Source: an uncultured Planctomycetia bacterium
GTDB taxonomy: Bacteria > Omnitrophota > Gorgyraeia > 2-02-FULL-51-18
Length of the DNA: 64,000 nucleotides
NCBI GenBank assembly: GCA_964642015.1
Contig: CAZXLF010000003.1
Span: forward strand, 36,204-100,203
Reading direction: 5' to 3'
Shown here in pieces: positions 8,173 to 17,700 of this stretch. Below the pieces are notes generated by a model. It saw only the letters and a program-made list of their open reading frames with translations, was not told the DNA's origin and ran no database searches. The position numbers were made by a program, and so were the translations under genes. Position 1 is the stretch's first letter. Every line of letters begins with the position of its first letter.

Positions 8173-8230
8173 TTCCTCGCAGTAGAATGTTCATACTTTA
8201 AGTAAACGATCGCCAATAGGAGGCATTAAC

Positions 8231-8515
8231 ATGGCCACTTTCATTGTTCGTCATAAAGTAAAAGATTACGCGACTTGGAAAAAGGTATTCGCCGAACATG
8301 GCAAAGTGCGCGCGCAATACGGATTTACGAAGAGCCGGGTTTACCGGTATTTGGATGATCCGAACCACCTGATCGTTGTCTGTGACGTGAAGGATATCCA
8401 AAAAGCCAAAGCGCTTTCCAGCTCGCCGGATCTGGCGCAAACCATGAAAGCGGCCGGTGTCGTGGACGAGCCGAAGATGTTCTATCTCGACGAAGGTGAA
8501 AGTTTCCCAAGCTAA
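8231..8515 (+). CDS. Small dimeric alpha/beta-barrel protein (cyclase/ABM-like family)
   Basis: VRHKVKDYATWK..F...DDPN...MKAAGVV.EP pattern; AGGAGG RBS. Confidence 0.75.
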   Translation: MATFIVRHKVKDYATWKKVFAEHGKVRAQYGFTKSRVYRYLDDPNHLIVVCDVKDIQKAKALSSSPDLAQTMKAAGVVDEPKMFYLDEGESFPS

Positions 8516-8598
8516 CTGTAAATTCTCTGCCGTGAGATACTTCCCAGTTGATCCAAGCGGCGGGCGATGAGTCTGTAGTTTTTTATTGGGAGTAATGT

Positions 8599-8934
8599 GT
8601 GAGGCAATTTCACTCAAACCAAGATTTCTATAATTTCCTTGATGAGCTATCTATTAGACTAAAATCCTCAGGCTTTGATGATATAGAAAGAAGGATCCAT
8701 ACGCTTATTCATAAGACTGCGTGGACAACGTCATCTGAACTTCTAGGTGAACTGCGAATTGCTTTAAGCGAGTTCAAAGCTAAGCATCAAGGCGTGCTTG
8801 AAAATATCTTAGAAAGCGATATCGATATGTGTATAAAAACGATTGACGGTGCGTTTGCTGCTTCAAATAAGGGACGGAAACGTCAGCCAACCCTTGTTCG
8901 ATTTCTGATTAATATGCTGAAGACCAGGCGATAG
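8599..8934 (+). CDS. Hypothetical helical protein
   Basis: 111 aa ORF, GTG start, GGGAG upstream. Confidence 0.55.
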   Translation: MRQFHSNQDFYNFLDELSIRLKSSGFDDIERRIHTLIHKTAWTTSSELLGELRIALSEFKAKHQGVLENILESDIDMCIKTIDGAFAASNKGRKRQPTLVRFLINMLKTRR

Positions 8935-8954
8935 ATATAGGAAATCGTAGAGAC

Positions 8955-9284
8955 ATGTTTGCCGTTTTCATCGGATATAGCTCCATTCTTTTGGGAATCT
9001 CGTGGATATTAAAGCCGGACATCTTAAGAAATCAGTTTTTGCAGAAAACGCACAAATCTTTTTTTTGGTTTACTCTGGGCCTGCTGTTTTATCCCATGGG
9101 TTATTTTGGAAAGAGAGTGGGTATCGCAGGGATAGTCGTAATATTGGTTCTTTTTTGGGTAGCAATGAAAATGACACATGAAAAAATGAGTCAATTCTTC
9201 CGGAAGATCCCTCGTTTACCTTTTCAGGTTTTTGGTTTGGTGAATATCGCATCTGGGTGCACGCTGCTATTGTGGCATAAATAA
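8955..9284 (+). CDS. Hypothetical small membrane protein
   Basis: About four hydrophobic segments. Confidence 0.6.
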   Translation: MFAVFIGYSSILLGISWILKPDILRNQFLQKTHKSFFWFTLGLLFYPMGYFGKRVGIAGIVVILVLFWVAMKMTHEKMSQFFRKIPRLPFQVFGLVNIASGCTLLLWHK

Positions 9285-9323
9285 ATTCTACACTTGCCGA
9301 AAATTGTATAAAATTATTAAAAA

Positions 9324-9352
9324 TTGACAGGTTAAAAGCCGTTTCATATACT
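9324..9352 (+). promoter_or_regulatory. Sigma70 promoter
   Basis: TTGACA-17nt-TATACT. Confidence 0.8.
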
Positions 9353-9359
9353 AACCTCA

Positions 9360-10814
9360 ATGTCTATTTTCCGAAAGTCGTCTTGTAAAAATACAACAGA
9401 GCTCCTAAAAATGGAGCGTAAACGATTTAATGAGAAGGATGGGGCCCTCATGAAACTATTTTCCCGGATTTTCTTTACAGTTGTGATTAGCGCAATAGTG
9501 ATTCTTGGGGGCAGGCTTCCGGATGTTTTTGCTGACCCGTCATTTCACATCGATAGTCCCGTGAATGGTTTGAAAATTCAGGACTCCGTCGATGTCGCGG
9601 TCACCTGTGACAACAGCGGGCCCAATGCCTCCATTGTTAAATTGGAACTCGTATTCAACGGGCAACATCTGTGGAAAGCCGATCGTCTGCCCAATCAAGC
9701 AAGCTACGGTTTTAAGGGTTGGAATTTAGATATGTATTTTGATGATCCTTTGCCTCAGGCGTCGATCCTGGCTCTGTTTGGGTATGATAATCAGGGCAAG
9801 GTCGTCCGATCTGATTTTTCGCGATTCAATATTATTCATCCTAAAAAATACAAATTGGCCTGCCGGTTTAAAACTCCCGCGCACCTGGACAAGGTGACGG
9901 GGAATGTCACGATCGAAGGAGAGATCACGGAGGGGCAGGCTGATACGGTATTTTTTTCCTGGAAGGCGCCCGAGGGCGATTATATGATCCCGCCCTACTA
10001 TCTTCACGCTGCGCCGTGGACGGTGAAATGGAACACCAATAAAGTAAAAAGCCCCGCATACTACACGCTTGAAATGAGAGCATTTAATCAAGAGACTGAG
10101 CAGACACCCGGAGGGTTTGTCAATGCTCTGATCTCTGTCCAAGTGGATAATCCTCCTGTCGATAGGACCAATCAAGTGCAGGCAAATTTACCGGGGATCA
10201 CGGATCCACAGCCTAAGATGATGGCGCCGCCTCCGATACAGGCGCCTTTACCGATAAATCCTTTGACGGAGGAAAAGCGGAATGCAATTCAGGATTCTTC
10301 AGTGGAGCTTTCTGAGGTAAAACTGAACGGCGATGATCTGGAAGACGTCTCTCGCACGATCTCCATCGAGGATCTAAATGGCCGCGAGGCCGTATTGACA
10401 GGAAATTTGAAAGGCGCAGAATCTCTGGATCATCTGGAATTAAGCCTTGATGGTGGTTCCGGCTGGCAGAGGATAAATTCAAACCCGCGGTGGTCTTATT
10501 CGTTCAAACCTGTTCCGGATCAAGAATATAACTTTAAATTCAGGGCAGTTCAAAAGGATGGAAGTGCTCTGGATCTCAAAGCGCCAAATAAACGATTTCA
10601 TTACACGCGTTTGGGAACAGAACGCCTTGGTGCCCCAAGCAGCAGCACAACTCAACTTCAAGGCGCGGGAACGGCGGTAAGTAATGGGATCACGGCAGCA
10701 TCTCACGGCATGTCCCAAGACACTAGTGCTATTGGCGCCAATACCTCGCCGACGGAACAACGAATTAAAGCTATAAGCCGAAATACGCAGGGCAGCTCGG
10801 ATAATGTTAGTTAG
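9360..10814 (+). CDS. Exported protein with Ig-like beta-sandwich domains, Pro-rich linker and Ser/Thr-rich tail (alternative start ATG 9450)
   Basis: Signal-like MKLFSRIFFTVVISAIVILGG; DSPVNG..I...V.V, APWTVKWNT and SLDGGSGW motifs typical of bacterial Ig-like folds. Confidence 0.65.
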   Translation: MSIFRKSSCKNTTELLKMERKRFNEKDGALMKLFSRIFFTVVISAIVILGGRLPDVFADPSFHIDSPVNGLKIQDSVDVAVTCDNSGPNASIVKLELVFNGQHLWKADRLPNQASYGFKGWNLDMYFDDPLPQASILALFGYDNQGKVVRSDFSRFNIIHPKKYKLACRFKTPAHLDKVTGNVTIEGEITEGQADTVFFSWKAPEGDYMIPPYYLHAAPWTVKWNTNKVKSPAYYTLEMRAFNQETEQTPGGFVNALISVQVDNPPVDRTNQVQANLPGITDPQPKMMAPPPIQAPLPINPLTEEKRNAIQDSSVELSEVKLNGDDLEDVSRTISIEDLNGREAVLTGNLKGAESLDHLELSLDGGSGWQRINSNPRWSYSFKPVPDQEYNFKFRAVQKDGSALDLKAPNKRFHYTRLGTERLGAPSSSTTQLQGAGTAVSNGITAASHGMSQDTSAIGANTSPTEQRIKAISRNTQGSSDNVS

Positions 10815-10856
10815 TATTTGAATTGTAAGTCGAACACACTGTACCGACTAAGGAAA

Positions 10857-10913
10857 GAGATTGCGCGCCGTCCGTGGTAATAAGATTGTTTCACCACTCC
10901 CGCTTGCAATGAC
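10857..10913. repeat. REP-like palindromic repeat, right-arm type (GAGATTGC...CTTGCAATGAC)
   Basis: Inverted degenerate match to 4500-4541. Confidence 0.55.
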
Positions 10914-10929
10914 GTGTTTTTTTGTTCCT

Positions 10930-10958
10930 TTGACCCTTCATTTATCCTGGCATACAAT
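10930..10958 (+). promoter_or_regulatory. Sigma70 promoter, probably driving a leaderless mRNA
   Basis: TTGACC-17nt-TACAAT, ATG 6 nt downstream. Confidence 0.75.
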
Positions 10959-10964
10959 AGCTCC

Positions 10965-12215
10965 ATGATCGTGCACAATTATTATTTACTGGTTGTCTTG
11001 GTTGTTCTCATCGGCGGATACATTGTAGATCTTATTATCGAGAAGTTGGACGCCGCGCATGCGTCTGTGTTAGTACCTCGAGAATTCGAAGGATATTATG
11101 ACGCCGAAAAATACAAGAAGTCGCAAAGCTACCTTAAAGAGAGGATCCAATTCGGCCTTATTGAAGACACATTCTTTACTTTGGGCGCGGTTATTTTTAT
11201 TCTCGCCGGCTGGTTCGACCTGATCGATGGCTTCGCGCGCTTTTTTCAGCAAGCGCCTCTCGTTACAGGACTTATTTTTCTCGGGATCATATATCTGGCC
11301 CATTATTTCTTATCTATTCCGTTCACCGTTTACCGGACATTTGTGATCGAAGAAAAATACGGCTTTAACAGGACCACCCCGAAGACATTCACTGCTGATA
11401 TTTTTAAAAATATCATATTGACCATGCTGATCGGCGCGGTCATCTTATCGGCTGTATTGTGGTTTTTTAGTACTTTCGAAAAATGGGCGTGGCTCTATTC
11501 ATGGATGGCTGTGATAGTCTTCGAGCTTTTTTTTATATTCATCGCGCCTGTCGCCATCATGCCGCTTTTCAATAAATTCACTCCCTTGGAAGAAGGCGGG
11601 CTTAAAACCGCCATCGTTGATTATGCGCGTTCACAGGATTTCAAGATAAAGGGAATCTACACGATGGACGCTTCACGCCGCAGTACCAAATCGAACGCTT
11701 TTTTTACGGGCCTCGGCAGATACAAACGGATCGTGCTGTTCGATACGCTGGTAGCGAAGATGAAAACGGATGAACTAGTGGCGGTGCTCGCGCATGAGAT
11801 AGGGCATTACAAGCACAAAGATATTTTTAAAAGTCTCATTGTCTCGGCGGCTAGCACAGGGCTCATGTTCTTTGCTCTGTCATTTTTTATCCATAATGAG
11901 GATTTTTTTGCGGCATTTAAAATGGAAAGCGTCTCCGTTTACGCCGGGCTCTTTTTATTCATGTTCCTGTTCCAGCCGGTAAACTCGCTGTTCTCCGTCG
12001 GGACAAATTACATCTCGAGACGTTTTGAAACTTCGGCCGATAGATTTTCGATCGATACGTTTAAACACCCGGAAGCGATGATAAGAGCGCTCAAGCGCCT
12101 CAGTGTCGATAACCTGTCAAACCTCACTCCACATCCTTTGAAAGTATTCTTGTCTTATAGCCATCCGCCTGTTCTTACAAGGATAGAGGCGATAAGGTTG
12201 AAGGCCGGAACTTAA
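10965..12215 (+). CDS. M48 family (Ste24/CAAX-like) membrane zinc metalloprotease
   Basis: IEEKYGFN, NAFFTG, RIVLFDTL, AHEIGH, E..AD and YSHPP motifs; start moved to ATG 10965 because the promoter overlaps the longer ORF. Confidence 0.93.
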   Translation: MIVHNYYLLVVLVVLIGGYIVDLIIEKLDAAHASVLVPREFEGYYDAEKYKKSQSYLKERIQFGLIEDTFFTLGAVIFILAGWFDLIDGFARFFQQAPLVTGLIFLGIIYLAHYFLSIPFTVYRTFVIEEKYGFNRTTPKTFTADIFKNIILTMLIGAVILSAVLWFFSTFEKWAWLYSWMAVIVFELFFIFIAPVAIMPLFNKFTPLEEGGLKTAIVDYARSQDFKIKGIYTMDASRRSTKSNAFFTGLGRYKRIVLFDTLVAKMKTDELVAVLAHEIGHYKHKDIFKSLIVSAASTGLMFFALSFFIHNEDFFAAFKMESVSVYAGLFLFMFLFQPVNSLFSVGTNYISRRFETSADRFSIDTFKHPEAMIRALKRLSVDNLSNLTPHPLKVFLSYSHPPVLTRIEAIRLKAGT

Positions 12216-12253
12216 ACCGGACACCGCCCGGCCAGTATTTCCCTTTAAAAAGA

Positions 12254-12341
12254 GTGACAGCGCTTGATGACTTTAAGTGATCAGTAGCCTCCCTTATATG
12301 TAGCCACAAGCGCGTCACGGAGGGGAATCCGCGTTCCCCTC
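12254..12341. terminator. Paired hairpins between convergent genes
   Basis: GTGACAGCGCTTG/CAAGCGCGTCAC long stem and perfect GAGGGGAA/TTCCCCTC (12320-12341). Confidence 0.5.
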
Positions 12342-12361
12342 ATGAAAATCTATATAATTTT

Positions 12362-12688
12362 TTAAGAAGCCATTCCTTTGATCGATGTCTGCTCCAGGTG
12401 AATTTGCATCATAGAATGCTCTGGCGGATTTGGGATCTCAAATCCGTATTTATCATATCGAATGACTTTCTCCACATCGCCCGCATCATTGTATAAGTGA
12501 AGATTTTTGGAGCCGTCAGGGTAATAGATCATTTCAGAAAGCGGTCTGTGTATCCCGTCCTTTTCCATATATTCAGATACTCGCAGGATCTGGCCATTGT
12601 GATCTATGTGCGCCATTTGTATCAGATTCTCAATTCCGGTCTCATTTCTAACCTCGGAGCTGATAGTTATTTTCATGGCTCTGCCCAC
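12362..12688 (-). CDS. Hypothetical protein with toxin/RHS-like beta repeats (YYPDG, YNDAG, YDKYG)
   Basis: 108 aa ORF; minus-strand promoter-like TTGAAT-16-TATACT in the AT-rich region upstream. Confidence 0.5.
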   Translation of the reverse strand: MGRAMKITISSEVRNETGIENLIQMAHIDHNGQILRVSEYMEKDGIHRPLSEMIYYPDGSKNLHLYNDAGDVEKVIRYDKYGFEIPNPPEHSMMQIHLEQTSIKGMAS

Positions 12689-12928
12689 CTTTTTAAAATT
12701 TTTTAATTAGTGGCCAAAAAATTGAACGGGTTTTAACCGTTCCATATGTTCACTAATTGTTAGCTTACCTAAGTTAGAGTATAAGAATCATATTTGAATA
12801 TTCAAGCACATGCAGATAAACACCTAATTATATCTGTATATAATAATGTATTAATAAGGATTAATAATCTTAATTAATATATTATATATTTGTACCATTC
12901 GTTATTATGCATAGCATTGGGGTTTTGT

Positions 12929-13011
12929 GTCATCGCGGTGTCAAAGATAGCCTGACCACCTCGCTAAAAACCCCCAAGCGGTCACTCAAGAGCAAGCTCG
13001 GTCAGAATGAC
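12929..13011. repeat. Degenerate GTCAT...ATGAC palindromic repeat
   Basis: Starts GTCATCGCG like the 4500 copy and ends CAGAATGAC. Confidence 0.4.
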
Positions 13012-13086
13012 GGCGTTGTGCTACAATTATTTCATTAAATACCACACAATAAATTTTTCATGATTTGATTAGGGAGATAATTTAAG

Positions 13087-14331
13087 TTGAAAGATTTTAT
13101 CCGCTTGAAGCGCGCCTCGCAAGAAGGAAGGCGGATCTCCTACCAATTTGAATCTTCACTGCGTTTTTTTAAAAAGCGCGAGTTTTACGTTATTTATGAA
13201 AGAGATTTCCCGCTTGCGAGCGCCGGTATGCTGACTGTTCCTTTCGCGGCGGTGATGGCCTCTCTGTCGTGGATGACCGGTGCGGATCTGGAAATGGACG
13301 TACTGGATGAGAGTTACGTCGGGTCGCTTAAAAAAGCGCGGGATTATTTTTATCGCTGGTTTTCCAAGAAATGGTCTTTCGCGGGTCAAATAAAGGCGCG
13401 CACTGAAAAGAATGAAGGCAGCGCTGTCCGTGAAGGCGTTCTTTACAGCGGAGGACTGGACGCGCTCACGACTTACATCCGTCATCGTGAAAAAAAGCCT
13501 ATGCTTTTTTCGTTCTTTGGAGCGGATATCCCTCTGGGCCAGCCGAAGTTTGCGGACGCCTGTAAAAGATCTTTTCATGAGTTTGCCGGATCTGAAGGCG
13601 TGGAGCTTTGTTGTATCGATTCGGATTTCTGGGATTTATTTGCCAAGGACGATCTCAAGCAGCGGACACTTAACTGGTGGGGCGAGACCGCTCACGCGAT
13701 GGTCTTGAGCGCGATGACGGCTCCGTTCAGCTACCGTGAATTCGGGCGTCTATGGATGGCCAGCAGTCATATGAAGGACAGCGCGGACTACGGGTGGGGA
13801 AGCGATTATGATCTGGATAATGACCTTTGTTGGGGGGACACGTATCTCAAGGAAGACTTTCACGATGGTTCACGAATTCGTAAAATACAATATTTCAAGA
13901 ATTATCCGGAGTACCACCGGTTCCTGCGCGTTTGTTACAACTGGTGGCGCAGGACAGGAGAGGCGATCAATTGCGGCCGCTGTGAGAAATGCTTGCGGAC
14001 TATTTGTGAATTAATGCTGAACGGCATCGATCCCGCTGATTGTAATTTTCAGATGACGGACGCCACTTTTCCTGAGCTCAGGAAAGCACTTGAGAAACCT
14101 TATGCTTATCACTCTTTTTTTAACGGCGGGTCCTCAGCTTTGGAATTTTGGACAGAAATACGCCGGATGTGTTTGTCGGGAGGCGTCCTGGACCGCTATG
14201 GATCAGGAAAATTTTTCAAATGGCTCGTCAAATTCGACAAGATAGAAAAAATGAAGAGTACCGCGCTGGGCCGCGCGATGTTCCGCTTTAGGCGGCTCCG
14301 CTGGGACCTGATGCGCAGTTTCGGCCGGTGA
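13087..14331 (+). CDS. PP-loop (N-type ATP pyrophosphatase) protein with a Cys cluster, QueC/MurL-like superfamily, function unknown
   Basis: LYSGGLDA motif; LRVC...NCGRCEKCLRT; GGGAG RBS. Confidence 0.75.
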   Translation: MKDFIRLKRASQEGRRISYQFESSLRFFKKREFYVIYERDFPLASAGMLTVPFAAVMASLSWMTGADLEMDVLDESYVGSLKKARDYFYRWFSKKWSFAGQIKARTEKNEGSAVREGVLYSGGLDALTTYIRHREKKPMLFSFFGADIPLGQPKFADACKRSFHEFAGSEGVELCCIDSDFWDLFAKDDLKQRTLNWWGETAHAMVLSAMTAPFSYREFGRLWMASSHMKDSADYGWGSDYDLDNDLCWGDTYLKEDFHDGSRIRKIQYFKNYPEYHRFLRVCYNWWRRTGEAINCGRCEKCLRTICELMLNGIDPADCNFQMTDATFPELRKALEKPYAYHSFFNGGSSALEFWTEIRRMCLSGGVLDRYGSGKFFKWLVKFDKIEKMKSTALGRAMFRFRRLRWDLMRSFGR

Positions 14332-14489
14332 AGCTTTCCAACCTATAAATTTAATCACAACTATATTCCATTGATCATAATTCTTGCGCCGATTGATATC
14401 ATCGGCGCCATAGACTAAGCTTTATATTGGTCCATTGTAATGGGCAGAGTTTTAGGCAATTAAGATAAACTTTTGTAAAGGATGCAAAA

Positions 14490-14759
14490 GTGAACGACGA
14501 ATCTTATCAAAACACAGTCGCATTCATTCTTTTGGGGATTCTCATGCTAAGCCCTTCATCTTTCGCGGCTTCAGATGAAATGTCCAAGCGGAGAGGTGAC
14601 GAGATCCCTTCCGTATTGCCCGAATTTCATTATGGAATGAACAAGGAAAATGTGGAAAAGATGAACAACCTCGATGAGCTGATCGGCAAGAACGGCCATT
14701 TTGAACCCCGCGAGAAAAAAGTATCCTTCCAAAAGCCCGCTGACCCTCCGACAGAGTGA
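14490..14759 (+). CDS. Small exported hypothetical protein
   Basis: Hydrophobic signal-like segment ending SFA. Confidence 0.45.
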   Translation: MNDESYQNTVAFILLGILMLSPSSFAASDEMSKRRGDEIPSVLPEFHYGMNKENVEKMNNLDELIGKNGHFEPREKKVSFQKPADPPTE

Positions 14760-14864
14760 TTTAAAAACCAAAACTGACGAAATTTTGATGGTGGGGCTTC
14801 GCAATGGCAAATGCCTACGCTCGCCATGACGGTCTGATTCCTCAGCAGAGAAAAAAAGGATAAT

Positions 14865-14897
14865 CAAGGGAAAAGGAGACTCTCTCCTTTTCCCTTG
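14865..14897. terminator. Perfect 15-bp hairpin, T-tract on the - strand side
   Basis: CAAGGGAAAAGGAGA-CTC-TCTCCTTTTCCCTTG. Confidence 0.7.
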
Positions 14898-15093
14898 CCT
14901 AATTTTAGGGTTACACATTCCGCTAAGGAAGGGGGATACAGTGCCGAGGTTTTGTGATTGCTCACACCGCATCGCAAAGCTGCAGGACACGCCATAAGGG
15001 GGAAACATCGTTTCCCCCTTGGATTGACTTTGTGGTAAGTTCTTGTTTTGTAACACTTGCATTAAACGGGGTCAATATGAGAACATATTGCCC

Positions 15094-15783
15094 ATGACTT
15101 TTTTCTGCTGTAAATCATCCATTGATAAAAAGGTGGTCATGGCGGTTACAGGCCTCATGCTTTTGGGCTTCGTGATCATCCATATGCTTGGGAACCTACA
15201 GGTATTTCTGGGACAGGACCAGCTGAATGCCTACGCCCAACACCTGGAAGAAATGCCGTTTCTTTTATGGCCTGCGCGGGCGATCCTTCTCCTGGCCCTT
15301 ATCGCTCATATGGGCACAGCCATAAAGCTGGCGATCGAGAACAAGAATGCACGTCCCGTGCGCTACAGCCACGAAGACACAGTCCAGGCCAGCTACGCTT
15401 CACGGACGATGGTGATGTCGGGGCTCATAATTTTCGCGTTCATCGTTTTTCACCTTTTGCATTTCACGTTCGACAAGATCCATCCTGAATTCTGCGGTCT
15501 ATTGGATAGCAAAGGCCGCGACGATGTTTATTCCATGGTGGTCTTGAGCTTCAGGGACCCCTTGATCTCGGGCACTTATATATTCGCGATGGCGGTACTT
15601 TGTTTTCATTTAAGCCATGGCGTTTCAAGTCTCTTTCAATCGCTCGGCTTGAATGACGAGCGATTTCGGAAAAAGATCAAATGGCTGGGAAATATCGTGG
15701 CTTTGGTGATTTTTTTAGGGAATTCCTCGATGCCTCTGGCGGCTTTGTTAAAAATACTGCAGCTTCCTAAAGGAGTGAGCTAG
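15094..15783 (+). CDS. sdhC: Succinate dehydrogenase/fumarate reductase cytochrome b subunit
   Basis: KKVVMAVTG, HMLGNL, FHLLHF and FHLSHG heme ligands; ATG 15094 preferred over TTG 15043. Confidence 0.93.
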   Translation: MTFFCCKSSIDKKVVMAVTGLMLLGFVIIHMLGNLQVFLGQDQLNAYAQHLEEMPFLLWPARAILLLALIAHMGTAIKLAIENKNARPVRYSHEDTVQASYASRTMVMSGLIIFAFIVFHLLHFTFDKIHPEFCGLLDSKGRDDVYSMVVLSFRDPLISGTYIFAMAVLCFHLSHGVSSLFQSLGLNDERFRKKIKWLGNIVALVIFLGNSSMPLAALLKILQLPKGVS

Positions 15784-15786
15784 ATC

Positions 15787-17700
15787 ATGGCGCTCGACGC
15801 AAAAATTCCTTCAGGACCTCTTTCTGAAAAATGGGACAAGCATAAATTTGACCTCAAGCTTGTGAATCCCGCGAATAAACGCAAGTTCAGCGTCATTGTC
15901 GTGGGGACAGGGTTGGCAGGATCCTCGGCGGCGGCTTCGCTTGCCGAACTTGGCTATGATGTGCATTCATTTTGTTTTCAGGACAGCCCGCGCCGTGCGC
16001 ATAGCATCGCGGCTCAGGGCGGGATCAACGCCTCCAAAAATTATCCCAATGACGGCGACAGTGTTTTCCGGCTTTTTTATGACACGATAAAGGGCGGGGA
16101 TTTTCGTTCGCGCGAGGCCAACGTCTACCGTCTTGCTCAGGTCAGCGGGAATATTATTGATCAATGTGTCGCGCAAGGCGTGCCGTTCGCGCGCGAATAC
16201 GGTGGATATCTCGCAAACCGTTCTTTCGGCGGCGCTCAAGTGTCGAGGACTTTTTATGCCAGAGGCCAGACGGGACAGCAGTTGCTTCTCGGTGCTTATC
16301 AGGCGCTGGAGCGTCAGATTGGGCTTGGAAAAGTTAAAATGTATCCGAGGACCGAAATGCTGGACCTCGTCGTGATCGACGGGCACGCCAAAGGTATTGT
16401 GGCGCGTGATCTTGTCACCGGCAAGATCAGTTCCCACGCCGCGGACGCGGTGGTGCTGGCGACAGGCGGTTATTCCAATGTCTTCTATTTATCAACGAAC
16501 GCCGCTGGGTGTAATGTCACGGCGATCTATCGCGCGCATAAAAAAGGCGCGCTGTTCGCGAATCCCTGTTTTACGCAAATCCATCCGACTTGCATTCCGG
16601 TGACAGGAGATCATCAGTCAAAGCTGACCTTGATGTCCGAGTCGCTGAGGAATGACGGGCGTATCTGGGTCCCAAAGAAAAAAGGCGATAAGCGCGCACC
16701 TCAGGATATTCCCGAAGACGAGAGAGATTATTATCTGGAAAGAAAATATCCGAGCTTCGGAAATCTTGCTCCACGTGACATTGCTTCAAGGAGCGCTAAG
16801 CAGGTTTGTGACGAAGGCCGTGGAGTGGGTGAATCAGGCCTGGGCGTGTATCTTGATTTTTCGGATGCGATCAAACGCCTCGGTGAAAAAGTGATACGTG
16901 AGCGCTATGGAAACCTTTTTGATATGTACGAGAAGATCACCGCCGAAGATCCTTATAAAATGCCGATGAGAATTTATCCGGCGCTTCATTACACGATGGG
17001 CGGGTTGTGGGTCGATTATAATCTGATGAGCAATGTTCCGGGACTTCACGTGATCGGCGAAGCGAATTTTTCGGACCACGGAGCCAATCGTCTAGGCGCG
17101 AGTGCCCTCATGCAGGGTTTGGCGGATGGATATTTTATTTTGCCTTATACGCTCGGACATTATTTTGCCTCAGCTCCGAAAACCAAGGTCACGACGGACC
17201 GCGCGGAATTTAAAAAAGCCGAGTCCGAAGCCGGGGAAAAACTTCAGCGGCTTTTGTCGATCAAGGGGAAACGCACCGTCAATTCTTTTCACCGCGAACT
17301 GGGTTCGCTGCTGTGGGAGAATTGCGGCATGGCGAGAAATGCAAAAGGATTGAAGCAAGCGCTTGAAAAGATCCCGGTGCTTCGGGAAGAATTCTGGAAG
17401 AACGTCAATATTTTGGGGAACGGCGAAGAATTGAACCAGTCGCTTGAAAAAGCCGGCCGTGTGGCGGACTTTTTGGAATTTGCCGAGCTTCTATGTTATG
17501 ACGCGCTTCACCGCGAAGAGTCCTGCGGCGGACATTTTCGTGAAGAGCATCAGACAAGCGAAGGCGAGGCCCTGAGAGATGATGAGAAGTTCGCTTATGT
17601 GGCGGCGTGGGAATATAAAGGCGTCGGCTCGACGCCGGCGCTTCATAAAGAGCCTTTGGTTTATGAGAATGTGCATTTGGCGGTGAGAAACTACAAATGA
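15787..17700 (+). CDS. sdhA: Succinate dehydrogenase/fumarate reductase flavoprotein
   Basis: [39 protein letters not shown]. Confidence 0.97.
   Translation: MALDAKIPSGPLSEKWDKHKFDLKLVNPANKRKFSVIVVGTGLAGSSAAASLAELGYDVHSFCFQDSPRRAHSIAAQGGINASKNYPNDGDSVFRLFYDTIKGGDFRSREANVYRLAQVSGNIIDQCVAQGVPFAREYGGYLANRSFGGAQVSRTFYARGQTGQQLLLGAYQALERQIGLGKVKMYPRTEMLDLVVIDGHAKGIVARDLVTGKISSHAADAVVLATGGYSNVFYLSTNAAGCNVTAIYRAHKKGALFANPCFTQIHPTCIPVTGDHQSKLTLMSESLRNDGRIWVPKKKGDKRAPQDIPEDERDYYLERKYPSFGNLAPRDIASRSAKQVCDEGRGVGESGLGVYLDFSDAIKRLGEKVIRERYGNLFDMYEKITAEDPYKMPMRIYPALHYTMGGLWVDYNLMSNVPGLHVIGEANFSDHGANRLGASALMQGLADGYFILPYTLGHYFASAPKTKVTTDRAEFKKAESEAGEKLQRLLSIKGKRTVNSFHRELGSLLWENCGMARNAKGLKQALEKIPVLREEFWKNVNILGNGEELNQSLEKAGRVADFLEFAELLCYDALHREESCGGHFREEHQTSEGEALRDDEKFAYVAAWEYKGVGSTPALHKEPLVYENVHLAVRNYK

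Noticed and set aside
14971-14990. CGCAAAGCTGCAGG as a second GEMM-I riboswitch
   Set aside because: It lacks the upstream P2 arrangement and the downstream GACAGC...GTTGCC strand. Partial resemblances to SAM-I and lysine riboswitches were also too weak.
14571-15062. 163-aa minus-strand ORF
   Set aside because: It crosses two perfect hairpins and an opposite-strand ORF, and its composition is not protein-like.
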